Source: an uncultured bacterium (GTDB lineage: Bacteria; Electryoneota; AABM5-125-24; Hatepunaeales; Hatepunaeaceae). From it: 64,000 bases of DNA. The stretch is taken from the NCBI GenBank assembly GCA_964387885.1, contig CAYLYZ010000016.1:3352-67351 (forward strand), written 5' to 3'. Below are positions 8,887 to 18,186 of this stretch, piece by piece; position 1 is the first letter of the stretch; each line of letters opens with the position of its first letter. The position numbers and the translations under genes were made by a program. The notes beneath the pieces are model-generated. The model ran no database searches. It was not told the DNA's origin and saw only the letters and a program-made list of their open reading frames with translations.

Positions 8887-10941
8887 TTGACATTTTTATA
8901 TTCAGTATTCATCCCTGCACTCGCAGCTGCAACTATCCCGGTTTTGTTGCATTTGCTAAGCAGAAGACGATTGCCACTGATTTCTTTCTCAACACTTGAA
9001 TTCCTTCAGAAACTCCAGAAAAAGAAATCGCGACGTGTTCAGATAAAACAGTTAATCCTGCTTATAATCCGGACTCTGGCTATAATTGCACTCGTTCTTG
9101 TTTTTGCAAGACCTGCTCTGCGAGGTAATCAAGCTGGTGCAGGCTCAGCCGCAGCGGTTGAGATTGCGCTTGTAGTAGATAACAGTCTTAATTCAGCAAC
9201 TGAAACCAGAGATGGACAGATCATTCGTCTTACTACTAATAGAGTCCAGAACCTATTTGAACTCTGCGGACCTAATGATCGGATCACTCTGATCCCTACT
9301 GCACAGCCATTCCGAAGGATTTCTGTTGGATCAGGACAAATAGACCTGCTTCGAGACCGACTCGAGAACCTGACGCATGGATTTTGGTCACCTCAACTCA
9401 CTGACACTCGATCGCAAATAGATTCTCTCTTATCCGAAACTCCCAGGTTTAATCGCGAGGTCTTTTTTATAGGTGGTTTCTATTCCTCCGAATGGGATTC
9501 ACTTGATTTGAGCCAGCCCGGAGAAACCGAACGACGTTACCTGATCCCGATCGGACCTGATAATAATCCAAATCTTTCGGTTGACGACATTACTGTTGGA
9601 AATGCTATTTTGCAGCATAACCGACCGGTGGAGCTAAACGCAGCTCTAAGTAATCACTCATCAAAATCGATCGAGAATGCCCTTGTAAGTGTTTACCTCG
9701 AAGGTGAGAGAGTTGCTCAAAGCTCGGTCAATATCCCCGGTAATGGAACAATAATCAGGGACTTTGCCATTGTGCCCGATAAATCAGGGAAACTTGCGTG
9801 TTCGGTAAAATGGGAGAATATTGATCCATTCAAACCCGATGACAGATTGTGGACCATTCTGGATATCCCTGACAGTTTAAGAGTCCTGGCAATCGCTCCA
9901 AAGAATGTCTCAAGAGTAATTGTTAACGCTGCCTTATCTGCTTCTGAAGCCAATTTTGTTCAGTTAACATGGGCAGATCCCGTTAAATGGGAAACGATGT
10001 CACTTGCCGGTTTTGATGCCGTCTTGATGATCGGTCTCAAAACTGCCTCTGCAGGAGCATCGGAGCGAATCACCGAGTTTATCAAACGGGGAGGCGGTGC
10101 AGTAATCTTCCAAAACCCAGAAGCTGATCTTGCAGGTCTCAGTCGTGGATTATGGAACAAACTTGGATTTTCCGGAGCAAAAGGTTTAAATGTTGGTGAA
10201 CCCACAGGATGGGGAAACATTGACCTTGAGCATCCAATTTTTAACGGTGTGTTTGATGATAAAGGAGCACCCCGCACTCCTCTATTCGATTTCTCTGTAG
10301 ACTTGGCAGTTGGAAAAAACGATCAAATCGTGATCCCTCTTTCGAGTGGAAAGCCATTCCTCATGGAAAGGCAAGTAAGTCGTGGACGAGTTATGATGTT
10401 TTCCGTCCCTGTTGATCCGTCAAGCAGCAATTTCGTCTACAGCGGTATATTCGCACCCTTATTGCTTAGATCACTTAGTTATGTCGCATCGGGAACAGGC
10501 AATGGATCATTGGAATGGGAAACCGGGAAATCATATAAAGTAATTCTACCGCTTTCAAATGCACAGAATATCCAAATGTCCGTGCCCAACGGAGACCAGG
10601 AAGAGCTTATCCCACGCCCTGTTGTCGGAGGTGTTGAGTATGAAATCGGCAGGATTGCATTACCGGGAATTTACGATCTGAAGATTGGAAAACGCATCAT
10701 TGCACGGTATGCAGCAAATATCCCGGCCAACCAATCTGATTTAAAGAGAAGAAACATTGATGATATTGCGGAACGACTTGAAAACTGCGCGATAATCTCA
10801 CCCGAAAATGAAAACCTGTCAGAGACCATCAAACAGGCACGATTTGGACGTGAAATATGGTCTCAGATTGCAGCGATTTTTATTGCTTTACTCGCTGTTG
10901 AATCGGTTTTAGGCCGGTCCGGTAATCGTGAAGAAGAATAA
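8887..10941 (+). CDS. BatA-type N-terminal double-TM anchor protein, large extracytoplasmic body, C-terminal TM
   Basis: The N-terminus IPALAAATIPVLLHLLSRRR...FSTLEFL followed by a second TM matches the aerotolerance-operon BatA N-terminal domain. TTG start. Confidence 0.55.
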   Translation: MTFLYSVFIPALAAATIPVLLHLLSRRRLPLISFSTLEFLQKLQKKKSRRVQIKQLILLIIRTLAIIALVLVFARPALRGNQAGAGSAAAVEIALVVDNSLNSATETRDGQIIRLTTNRVQNLFELCGPNDRITLIPTAQPFRRISVGSGQIDLLRDRLENLTHGFWSPQLTDTRSQIDSLLSETPRFNREVFFIGGFYSSEWDSLDLSQPGETERRYLIPIGPDNNPNLSVDDITVGNAILQHNRPVELNAALSNHSSKSIENALVSVYLEGERVAQSSVNIPGNGTIIRDFAIVPDKSGKLACSVKWENIDPFKPDDRLWTILDIPDSLRVLAIAPKNVSRVIVNAALSASEANFVQLTWADPVKWETMSLAGFDAVLMIGLKTASAGASERITEFIKRGGGAVIFQNPEADLAGLSRGLWNKLGFSGAKGLNVGEPTGWGNIDLEHPIFNGVFDDKGAPRTPLFDFSVDLAVGKNDQIVIPLSSGKPFLMERQVSRGRVMMFSVPVDPSSSNFVYSGIFAPLLLRSLSYVASGTGNGSLEWETGKSYKVILPLSNAQNIQMSVPNGDQEELIPRPVVGGVEYEIGRIALPGIYDLKIGKRIIARYAANIPANQSDLKRRNIDDIAERLENCAIISPENENLSETIKQARFGREIWSQIAAIFIALLAVESVLGRSGNREEE

Positions 10942-11005
10942 TGTTGTGATGTAAAATGTGTTTTATGCTTGGAACTAAAGGATTTGTAATATAAATTATG
11001 TAGTA

Positions 11006-11081
11006 TGTCCCCGCCGAAAGTGGCTCGTATACCTCCAGTTGGAAGATACTTGAAGGTGTAAAGGCGGGGACATTCTTTTTT
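11006..11081 (+). terminator. long-loop hairpin plus T-run between convergent genes
   Basis: TGTCCCCGCC (11006-11015) pairs with GGCGGGGACA (11063-11072) and is followed by TTCTTTTTT. Confidence 0.45.
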
Positions 11082-11100
11082 CACCTTCCTATTTTACCAG

Positions 11101-11733
11101 TCAAACAAACTCCGGCTCAATCAACTCATCCCCATCACGCAAGAAAACGATTCCAAGCATTATCTGAAATGCAATCATAAATACCAGACCCAATGGCATT
11201 AGAATTATTGAAGCAAGACAAATTGAAGCTACAATCTGTGTATATGCCAATGGTTTCAGCAATCCGCTTAATCCCCGTTCGAGTTTCAATAGTTTTAAAC
11301 CGAATACAATACCAGCAACAGCTAACGGAATACTCAAAATAATCACCAATGATGTAAATATCACACTCAAGTTTATACTATCGGACGGAATTATTCCTAA
11401 AGTGTTCATTGTCCTGACGAACAATCCTATCGAGGTTAATATCATACTTCCGAAAATGATGAAAATAATCAATGTATCTACACGATGAAATTCATATCGT
11501 TCATTTAGCAACTGCTTAAAACGGAAGAACGCAAACAGGGTGATTGCAGTTTCTGCAATTGTAATAAACACATAAGGAATAATGAGTATACCGAGTTTTT
11601 CCGGTTTAATGTCCAACAACATTCCCATAATAATTTCCGGAAAAATCATAATTGCCCCAGTTATGGCCATCCATCCGGCTAATGTATATTTTGAGCTGTC
11701 TATCTCAGCTCGATCAAATGAATTGCTTTCCAT
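11101..11733 (-). CDS. multi-pass membrane protein (DUF2975-like), paralog 2
   Basis: GGAG RBS before the ATG at 11733. Five to six hydrophobic helices. The C-terminus VFLRDGDELIEPEFV parallels that of its paralog. Downstream of a YozG-type HTH gene. Confidence 0.5.
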   Translation of the reverse strand: MESNSFDRAEIDSSKYTLAGWMAITGAIMIFPEIIMGMLLDIKPEKLGILIIPYVFITIAETAITLFAFFRFKQLLNERYEFHRVDTLIIFIIFGSMILTSIGLFVRTMNTLGIIPSDSINLSVIFTSLVIILSIPLAVAGIVFGLKLLKLERGLSGLLKPLAYTQIVASICLASIILMPLGLVFMIAFQIMLGIVFLRDGDELIEPEFV

Positions 11734-11804
11734 GCTAATACTCCTCAGACAAAGTTTCACATTTTTGGCAGTTAGCCAATAATACACGTAAACAGATTAG
11801 TGAA

Positions 11805-12446
11805 TTATACAAATTCAACTTCTCTCGGTTCTTCAATTCCCCGCATCAACAAAATTCCCAATAATAACATAAACGTCATGTTGAAAACAGCTGGAATAAC
11901 AAGAAATACTGCCGAGAGAAGAATCAATCCAAGCACCAGGGACTTAGAAATGAAAATGAATGCCATTGATTTCAGAAGAAGATTCACCTCACCTTTCAGA
12001 TTCAGCAGTTTTATCCCGAAAATGATTCCGATCACTGCCACTGGGATTGCCACACCAATAATTGTCAGGAATGAAACAACATCGGTTGTCATATTCAGTG
12101 TAACAAGAATTGTCATAAGCAGTGCAGTTGTGGTGAGTGCGAGTTCACCCAGGAGAACGAGTATTACAAGCGTATCAACTGTATTAGAACCAAAGGTTTT
12201 ATCTATAAAGTTCTTGAACCTTATAAAGACAATAGTAGTTAGTATCATTTGGACCAGGCTCGTGGCGGATAGAACCATGGCAATGACTATAAAACTGGCT
12301 ATGCCAAGGCCGATAACTCCAACCAGGATGATGTTTATACCGATAATACAGGCAGCAACAATCGACATATATCCTGCATTTGAGAATTTTCTCAGATCAG
12401 ATTTTTCACGATTGCCCGTCGAAGCTGAAGCAGAATTTGGTCTCAT
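11805..12446 (-). CDS. multi-pass membrane protein (DUF2975-like), paralog 1
   Basis: AGGAG RBS. Same topology as 11101..11733, with C-terminus LLMRGIEEPREVEFV. The mirror ORF 11800..12465 (+) is judged antisense noise. Confidence 0.5.
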   Translation of the reverse strand: MRPNSASASTGNREKSDLRKFSNAGYMSIVAACIIGINIILVGVIGLGIASFIVIAMVLSATSLVQMILTTIVFIRFKNFIDKTFGSNTVDTLVILVLLGELALTTTALLMTILVTLNMTTDVVSFLTIIGVAIPVAVIGIIFGIKLLNLKGEVNLLLKSMAFIFISKSLVLGLILLSAVFLVIPAVFNMTFMLLLGILLMRGIEEPREVEFV

Positions 12447-12461
12447 TATTCGATCTCCTTG

Positions 12462-12674
12462 TTAAACATAATCGGGAACATGTTCAAGAATATCCCCCGG
12501 TTGACATTCAAGTTCCCGGCAGATCGCATCAAGTGTGCTGAACCGAATCCCTTTTACGCGACCGGTCTTCAGCAGTGAGAGGTTGGTGATAGAGATTCCG
12601 ATTCTTTCCGAAAGTTCAGTCAATCTCATCTTCTTTTTCACCAGCATCATATCGAGATTAATTTCAATAGCCAT
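12462..12674 (-). CDS. XRE/YozG-type helix-turn-helix transcriptional regulator
   Basis: 70 aa. MRLTELSERIGISITNLSLLKTG..IRFSTLDAICRELECQPGDIL is the classic short HTH_26/YozG pattern. Confidence 0.8.
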   Translation of the reverse strand: MAIEINLDMMLVKKKMRLTELSERIGISITNLSLLKTGRVKGIRFSTLDAICRELECQPGDILEHVPDYV

Positions 12675-12680
12675 ACGGAG

Positions 12681-12709
12681 AATATAAAATACGTTTTTAC
12701 GTTTGTCAA
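12681..12709 (-). promoter_or_regulatory. sigma70-like promoter, probably producing a leaderless HTH mRNA
   Basis: On the minus strand, TTGACA (12709-12704), a 17-nt spacer, then TATATT (12686-12681). Only 6 nt separate the -10 from the ATG (12674), with no SD. The spacer contains ACGTAAAAACGT. Confidence 0.5.
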
Positions 12710-12764
12710 GGGATATTTTATGTTTAACGTAAAATTTTCAATTTTTACATAAAACTATCGTGCT

Positions 12765-12784
12765 GTCAGGTGCCCTCACCTGAC
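12765..12784. repeat. GTCAGGTG...CACCTGAC hairpin (single)
   Basis: GTCAGGTGCCCTCACCTGAC. Confidence 0.6.
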
Positions 12785-13059
12785 AGTTGAATTTGTTAAT
12801 ATTATAAACCTGAGACTCCAACTCCATCTGTGGCACGGTCAGCCATAATAAAAGAGGAATAGTTCAAAGTGTAGTTATTACCACAAACTGAAAGAAATCA
12901 ATCCATACGCTGACCGTGAAATACACAGTTCAATCCCGGTCAGCTCAAGATGAGTAAGTCTCACAGATAACAACGCTTTCAAAATATAAAAAGACCCAGG
13001 CAATCAATAGCTGATCCGGCCACAAATTGAGGGGGAGGGGGGGAATGTACCAGAAATTA

Positions 13060-14232
13060 CTACCGAAACGCTTCAATCCCGGTAAGATCTGTTCCGACTA
13101 TGAGTTTATGAATATGATCAGTTCCTTCGTACGTGTACACTGATTCGAGATTAAGCATATGTCTTCCGGAGTGGAATTCGTAAGTAATCCCGGCTGCACC
13201 GAGTATATCTCGTGCCTTTCTGGCTATTTCGAGGGCTTCTCGGCAATTATTATACTTAGCCATAGAAACCATCTGGTGAGTCAGTTTTCCTTCCTGCTTA
13301 AGTTGTCCAAGACGATACAGTAATAATTGGGCTTTGGTAATCTCGGTCGCCATTACCGTCAGTTTTTCCTGGACAAGTTGAAATGAGGCGATAGGTTTAT
13401 CAAACTGAATACGGGTTATTGCATACTGTCTCGCTTCATCAAAACAAGCCATTGCGGCACCTATTACTCCCCAGGCAATCCCATATCTCGCCTGGTTCAG
13501 GCATGTCAACGGAGCGGATAAACCCTTCGCTTCAGGCAGTATCGCACTGACAGGTATTTGACAATCATCGAAAACGAGCTCCGAAGTTACAGAAGCCCGA
13601 AGCGACCATTTCTTTTTCATTTCGGGAGCAGAGAATCCTGGAGAATCTTTCTCAACAATGAATCCGCGCACTTCACCATCAAGTTTAGCCCATACAATAG
13701 CGATATCAGCGAACGAACCGTTCGTGATCCACATCTTGGCACCATTGAGGATATATTCGTCACCAACTTTCTTCACCCTGGTGTTCATCCCACCCGGATC
13801 AGAGCCGTGATTTGGACCGGTCAGTCCAAAACAACCTATCATCTCGCCTGCAGCAAGTTTGGGCAGATACTTCATTTTCTGTTCTTCCGATCCGAATCGG
13901 TAAATCGCATACATAGCAAGGCTGCTCTGAACTGAAGCAAATGAACGAATCCCACTGTCCCCCCGCTCAAGTTCCTGCAGCATTAAGCCATACGCTATCT
14001 GCGAAACACCGGCACCACCATATTCCTCGGGAAGTGTCGCGCCGAAAAGGCCAAGTTCTGCCATTTCCGGTATGAGGTCGAATGGGAATTTTCCCTCATC
14101 AACGGATTGTCCGATAATCGGAATGACATTGTCGTCAACCCAGCCTCTGACCATATCCCGAATCATCCGTTCTTCTTCAGTCAGAAGGTCGTCGAGTCTG
14201 TAATAATCAAGGGCTGTGTATTTCTGGTTCAT
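13060..14232 (-). CDS. glutaryl-CoA dehydrogenase-type acyl-CoA dehydrogenase
   Basis: 390 aa. N-terminal LDYYRLDDLLTEEERMIRD, GLTGPNHGSDPGGM, and a C-terminal YEGTDHIHKLIVG motif carrying the catalytic Glu. Confidence 0.85.
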   Translation of the reverse strand: MNQKYTALDYYRLDDLLTEEERMIRDMVRGWVDDNVIPIIGQSVDEGKFPFDLIPEMAELGLFGATLPEEYGGAGVSQIAYGLMLQELERGDSGIRSFASVQSSLAMYAIYRFGSEEQKMKYLPKLAAGEMIGCFGLTGPNHGSDPGGMNTRVKKVGDEYILNGAKMWITNGSFADIAIVWAKLDGEVRGFIVEKDSPGFSAPEMKKKWSLRASVTSELVFDDCQIPVSAILPEAKGLSAPLTCLNQARYGIAWGVIGAAMACFDEARQYAITRIQFDKPIASFQLVQEKLTVMATEITKAQLLLYRLGQLKQEGKLTHQMVSMAKYNNCREALEIARKARDILGAAGITYEFHSGRHMLNLESVYTYEGTDHIHKLIVGTDLTGIEAFR

Positions 14233-14453
14233 TTTTGTCGTCTTAAAGTTTGTTGTAGTTTATCAATTAAAATAGTACGACAAAAATCATTTCCGGGATT
14301 GGAAAATTGGTGTAAGTGATTATAGTGAAGTCATTGATCGAAAGGAAGGGTATTTATTGATCGGGCACGACGCTCATGCCCTCTCTATCTTGCAAGGATG
14401 TATCGGAAAACCATTATCCTCGTTATATCATCAAAGGCGCACGCCATGCGCCC

Positions 14454-15761
14454 CTACTTCGCTTCTTCCTCTTCACCTCCCTCAACCTTGATGAGGTAAT
14501 CAACAATAATCATCCCATCGCGAAACGTCCTGCCGAGGATTTTTACCTTATCCTCGAATCGTTTCAGTTCGTCGACTTCTTCCGGAGAGAAAGCTCGTGT
14601 ACCTCGTACCCATTTAGTTTCAGCAAATTGAGCGATGCGTTCAGGAAGTTCATATAGCCGGATACGACGACTGGCGCTGATAAAAATCGCTTCCGGGAAC
14701 TGGCGTTTCATGCCCTCGAGCAAGATTGGATCGGTTATCAGGTCGACCTTGTTGAAAACGGTCAATTGCGGAGTCCGGTCAAGTTCGAGTTCCTTGACAA
14801 TTTCTTCGGTGCGAGTGTACTGTTCCTCCCAGTGTGGGTGGGCAAGGTCGATCACGTTTACCAGCAAATCAGCAGTCAGTGACTCCTCGAGAGTACTGCG
14901 AAATGATGCCAGTAAACCAACCGGTAATTTTCGGATAAAACCTACTGTATCGATAAGCAATGCTTTCTTTCCGGTCGGGAGATGCATTGCGCGGACTGTC
15001 GGATCGAGTGTGGCAAAGAGCAAGTCCTCAACGAAGACATTAGCATTCGTCAGGGCGTTAAGAATTGTCGATTTTCCGGCATTCGTATATCCGATTAAGG
15101 CTACCTTAAACAGGTCGTGACGTTTCTTTCGTCTATTAGCTCGAGCTTTTTCAATTTTTGCAAGTTCACGTTTAAGCTGAGTTGTTCGACGTTTGTTAAC
15201 CCTTCGATCGAGTTCAATCTGAGTTTCACCCGGACCTCGAGTTCCAATAGCACCTGATGTACCCCCGGCTCCACCCCCTGCCCCGCTGCTCCCGACAACT
15301 TGACGCCCAAGATGCTGCCACCTTCCGGCGAGGCGCGGCGCCATGTATTCGAGCTGAGCAATTTCAACCTGGATTCGAGCTTCAACTGTCCTCGCCCGAG
15401 TTGCGAAGATATCGAGTATCAGCCCCGATCGGTCGATCACCGGACATTTGATCTGCTTCTCGAGGTTCCTGACCTGAGCCGGATTCAGGTCGTCATCGAA
15501 AACGATTATATCCGCTCCGAACAACGAAATCATATTCTTGAGCTCGTTAACCTTACCTTTCGCAAGAAAAGTTGATGCAGTCGGATTCCCCCTTGTCTGA
15601 ACCAACCTCGCTTCAGGAACCCCACCCGCAGTATGTACGAGTTGTTCGAGTTCATCGAGGTTGTCATTAACCTCCCACAGGGGAGATCCCTTCCGCTGTA
15701 TCCCAACGAGGATGGCGGATTCGCGTTCTTTATTTTTGACTTCTATCATCTTGTCCGGCAT
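14454..15761 (-). CDS. hflX: GTPase HflX
   Basis: HflX N-terminal domain followed by a coiled linker. G1 is GYTNAGKST, G3 is DTVGF, and NKVD is present. Confidence 0.9.
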   Translation of the reverse strand: MPDKMIEVKNKERESAILVGIQRKGSPLWEVNDNLDELEQLVHTAGGVPEARLVQTRGNPTASTFLAKGKVNELKNMISLFGADIIVFDDDLNPAQVRNLEKQIKCPVIDRSGLILDIFATRARTVEARIQVEIAQLEYMAPRLAGRWQHLGRQVVGSSGAGGGAGGTSGAIGTRGPGETQIELDRRVNKRRTTQLKRELAKIEKARANRRKKRHDLFKVALIGYTNAGKSTILNALTNANVFVEDLLFATLDPTVRAMHLPTGKKALLIDTVGFIRKLPVGLLASFRSTLEESLTADLLVNVIDLAHPHWEEQYTRTEEIVKELELDRTPQLTVFNKVDLITDPILLEGMKRQFPEAIFISASRRIRLYELPERIAQFAETKWVRGTRAFSPEEVDELKRFEDKVKILGRTFRDGMIIVDYLIKVEGGEEEEAK

Positions 15762-15916
15762 GGATTAACTCGTATTTTCTTCACTACGAAATCGTATCTT
15801 TTCATTATACACAATGAAAACCTTGTAAACAAGGGAGTGTTTGGGTGCTGGGATATTCCAACAATCCGGGGAGTGCGGATATATTTATCCGCATGTTTTC
15901 TAAATCTTCAAGTAGT

Positions 15917-15976
15917 GTCAGGTGTCCTCGTCTGACGAAATAACAAAAGCTTAAGTGTCAGGTGAGGACACCTGAC
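15917..15976. repeat. GTCAGGTG hairpin doublet
   Basis: GTCAGGTGTCCTCGTCTGAC, spacer GAAATAACAAAAGCTTAAGT, then GTCAGGTGAGGACACCTGAC. Confidence 0.7.
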
Positions 15977-16081
15977 ACCACTCATTGGGCATTCGGACGA
16001 TCTCCTGCGCGGGAACGACGTGCTTCTGCAAGAGTTGAAAATATCAAAGAACCTGTCTTAGACTGTTGCCATTTTTCTTAT

Positions 16082-16110
16082 GGCAGACGTGGGCGTCTGC
16101 CAGCGCGATT
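16082..16110. repeat. GGCAGACG-NNN-CGTCTGCC hairpin with AGCGCGATT tail
   Basis: GGCAGACGTGGGCGTCTGCCAGCGCGATT. Further copies lie at 22527-22556 and 46504-46532. Confidence 0.7.
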
Positions 16111-16191
16111 GCTGCAAACGAGAGGGCATCCCAGCATGAATGCGGTAGACGAGGGGGTTTGTCAGCATGATTATGGCATTATCGAAATTTA

Positions 16192-16423
16192 TGATATATA
16201 CGTCTTTATTGTTGTCAATATACTACATTTCTCCCCAAAAGTCAAGTTTCATTGCAGTGCACAGGAAAGATCAGGGATAGCATAAATTATCGTCACATCG
16301 TCACACTATTGGCTGAAAGCACCTGTGGGTGGTGGATTGAGGGTGTGACGGAAATGTGACGGAAGTGATGAAACGGATATTCACAACGGATTAAGGGTAT
16401 TAAACGGATTTTTCGTCGTCGTG
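16192..16423. repeat. copy 1 of a ~230-bp non-coding module (promoter + GTGACG iterons)
   Basis: Aligns by eye with 16868-17089 from TGATATATACGTCT to CGTCGTG. Contains CGTCAC x2 (16291, 16299) facing GTGACG/GTGACG/GTGATG (16345, 16356, 16365). Confidence 0.7.
16217..16245 (-). promoter_or_regulatory. near-consensus sigma70 promoter inside repeat copy 1
   Basis: Minus strand: TTGACT (16245-16240), 17 nt, TATATT (16222-16217). Confidence 0.5.
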
Positions 16424-16867
16424 TATTTTTGTTTCATTTGAATATTCAGGGAGTCGTGGTCGGAAACTTTTTCCGACGGATTTTTCGATCAAATCACAAT
16501 TGATGTCCCAATGAGATTGCAACCAACTTCCGTAAATCGTAGCCCGATGTCCTGAATCCGGGAGCTTGTAGTTTTTTGTGTTACAATTCCTTAGACCCAA
16601 CATCACGTCATTTCCACGAAGAGCCTGTCCTCGACCTAATCGGGGAAGGGAACCCAGAAAATACGCTCAACCTCTCCCCCTCGCTTGCGGGGGGGATTAA
16701 AGGGGGGGGAGTCGTAGGTCGGAAATTTTTTCCGACGGATTTTTCGATCAAATTACAATTTATGTCGAAATGAGATTGCGACATCCTTCCTGGATTCCTG
16801 CCTTCGCAGGAATGACGTAGTTTTACAAGAATTGAATATTTCAAAAGTCTCGGTGATGCCTAATTTG

Positions 16868-17089
16868 TGATATATACGTCTTCATGTTGTAAATATACAA
16901 CATTTCTCAGCAAAAGTCAAGTTTCACCGTAGTGCACTGTAAAGATCGGTGATAGCATAAAAATCGTCACTTCGTCACCCTTTTGGCGGAAAGCGGTTGT
17001 GGGTGGGGGATTGAGGTGGTGACGAAAGGGTGACGAAAGTGACGGAATGATGTATTCACAACGGATTCAACGGATTTGACTTCGTCGTG
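16868..17089. repeat. copy 2 of the ~230-bp non-coding module
   Basis: Same layout as copy 1: CGTCAC x2 (16965, 16973) facing GTGACG x3 (17019, 17030, 17039). Confidence 0.7.
16892..16920 (-). promoter_or_regulatory. near-consensus sigma70 promoter inside repeat copy 2
   Basis: Minus strand: TTGACT (16920-16915), 17 nt, TATATT (16897-16892). Confidence 0.5.
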
Positions 17090-17164
17090 CTGCCCTTCGT
17101 TCCGGTTAATTGATTTTTTCGTCGTGGTGTTGTGGTGAAGTGGTAAATTGGTACGGTCTCGAAA

Positions 17165-17188
17165 GGGCGAAAGATTTTTCGCCCCTAC
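17165..17188 (-). repeat. GTAGGGGC-type REP (loop variant GAAAAATCTTTC)
   Basis: Plus strand GGGCGAAAGATTTTTCGCCCCTAC. Confidence 0.7.
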
Positions 17189-17255
17189 ATTGCCTGGGTT
17201 AAGTAATTCACCAAATCCTGAGTTGTTAATTTACTACTTCACGATTATTATATTT

Positions 17256-17804
17256 ATGGAAAAAACAAGAATCGTTCACAGGAGAAACATGACCATCACG
17301 GAAACTGAAAGGCTGCTGATCCGTCAATTTGAATTGTCCGATGCAATCCCGATGCAGGGCGTGTTCTGTGATGAGGACGTGATGCAATTCAGCAGCGGGG
17401 TGAAAACTCAGGACTGGATAACGAAATGGATAAAATGTTGTTTTGAAGACTATAACACCAACCTCGGTGGTGGTCTATGGGCGGTGGTAGAAAAAAGCAG
17501 CGGTGACGTAATGGGATATTGCGGCTTGACATATTTCCCTGATATAGACGGTCAATCAGAAATCGAGATCGGGTTTCGACTTATTAAGAGGTGTTGGGGA
17601 AAAGGCTATGCGACTGAAGCAGCTTTGGCTGTCAGAGATGTAGCATTTAATCGTTATGAGGTTTCCAGATTAGTCGGTATGATAGATCCCAGAAATACAG
17701 CTTCAATTCGCGTAGCAGAGAAGCTGGGGATGGTGTTTGAAAAAGAAGTGATGATGCCGAATTATAGTCATCCCGACAAATTATTTGTTGTTAATAAATC
17801 GTAG
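17256..17804 (+). CDS. GNAT-family N-acetyltransferase (RimJ/RimL-like)
   Basis: TERLLIRQFELSD start region, and an acetyl-CoA motif RCWGKGYATEAALAVRD. The ORF opens at TTG 17148 inside a REP; ATG 17256 or 17289 is the likelier start. Confidence 0.8.
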   Translation: MEKTRIVHRRNMTITETERLLIRQFELSDAIPMQGVFCDEDVMQFSSGVKTQDWITKWIKCCFEDYNTNLGGGLWAVVEKSSGDVMGYCGLTYFPDIDGQSEIEIGFRLIKRCWGKGYATEAALAVRDVAFNRYEVSRLVGMIDPRNTASIRVAEKLGMVFEKEVMMPNYSHPDKLFVVNKS

Positions 17805-17927
17805 CTCAGACATTTGCTCGTCAGGTTTCGCTCGGGTAAGAGGTGTCCAGGATTGGTAGGTCTTGCTCATATAATGCCATACACTTCTAATCACATCATT
17901 CCCCAAAACTGCGAGAATCCAACCACC

Positions 17928-17951
17928 GTAGGGGCACGTCGCCACGTGCCC
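17928..17951 (+). repeat. GTAGGGGC-type REP (ACGT variant), left of the KAP gene
   Basis: GTAGGGGCACGTCGCCACGTGCCC. Confidence 0.75.
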
Positions 17952-18077
17952 TTGCTCTCTTTTTAGATCACTCTCAGTTTATGTAATTAACACTAATTAC
18001 ACTATTTAAGACCGGAATCTTATCCCACCGAATAATTCATGTAATTAGAATTAACAACAGTAGTATCCTAGACTCTT

Positions 18078-18132
18078 GCCTGCCATGCTTCGCTCCTGCT
18101 ACGCCAGCGTAGCGTGGCGAGCGCGTAGCAGG
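18078..18132 (-). repeat. ~55-nt CCTGCTACGC...GCGTAGCAGG element, left copy
   Basis: The reverse complement CCTGCTACGCGCTCGCCACGCTACGCTGGCGTAGCAGGAGCGAAGCATGGCAGGC aligns with 22415-22468. Confidence 0.7.
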
Positions 18133-18186
18133 AAGGCGGGGTAACTGCTTCACCAGTGAAGTGCATCCAGGTTGTATGTCTCACCT

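Noticed and set aside
11800-12465. 221-aa plus-strand ORF covering the same DNA as the minus-strand membrane protein 11805..12446.
   Set aside because: It is a mirror ORF. It starts at a non-ATG codon with no RBS, and its translation is low-complexity (Ile/Thr/Ser/Arg-rich). The minus-strand ORF has an AGGAG RBS, clear TM helices and a paralog next door.
15962-16285. 107-aa ORF, and similar ORFs at 22393..22753, 42310..42656, 44063..44368, 46303..46536 and 48540..48803, all in intergenic regions.
   Set aside because: Their translations are built from REP palindromes (for example GRRGRLPARL from GGCAGACG..CGTCTGCC, and IPAFAGMT from GGAATGACG hairpins). They lack RBSs. I treat them as artefacts of repeat DNA.
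16400-16844. Two small minus-strand ORFs (68 and 78 aa) sharing the peptide DINC(D/N)LIEKSVGK(S/N)FRP. At first this looked like a duplicated small gene downstream of the duplicated promoter.
   Set aside because: The shared segment coincides with a repeated DNA hairpin element (GTCGGAAA..TTTCCGAC plus flank). Differences between the copies are not biased to synonymous positions. There is no RBS, and the rest of each ORF is unrelated to the other.
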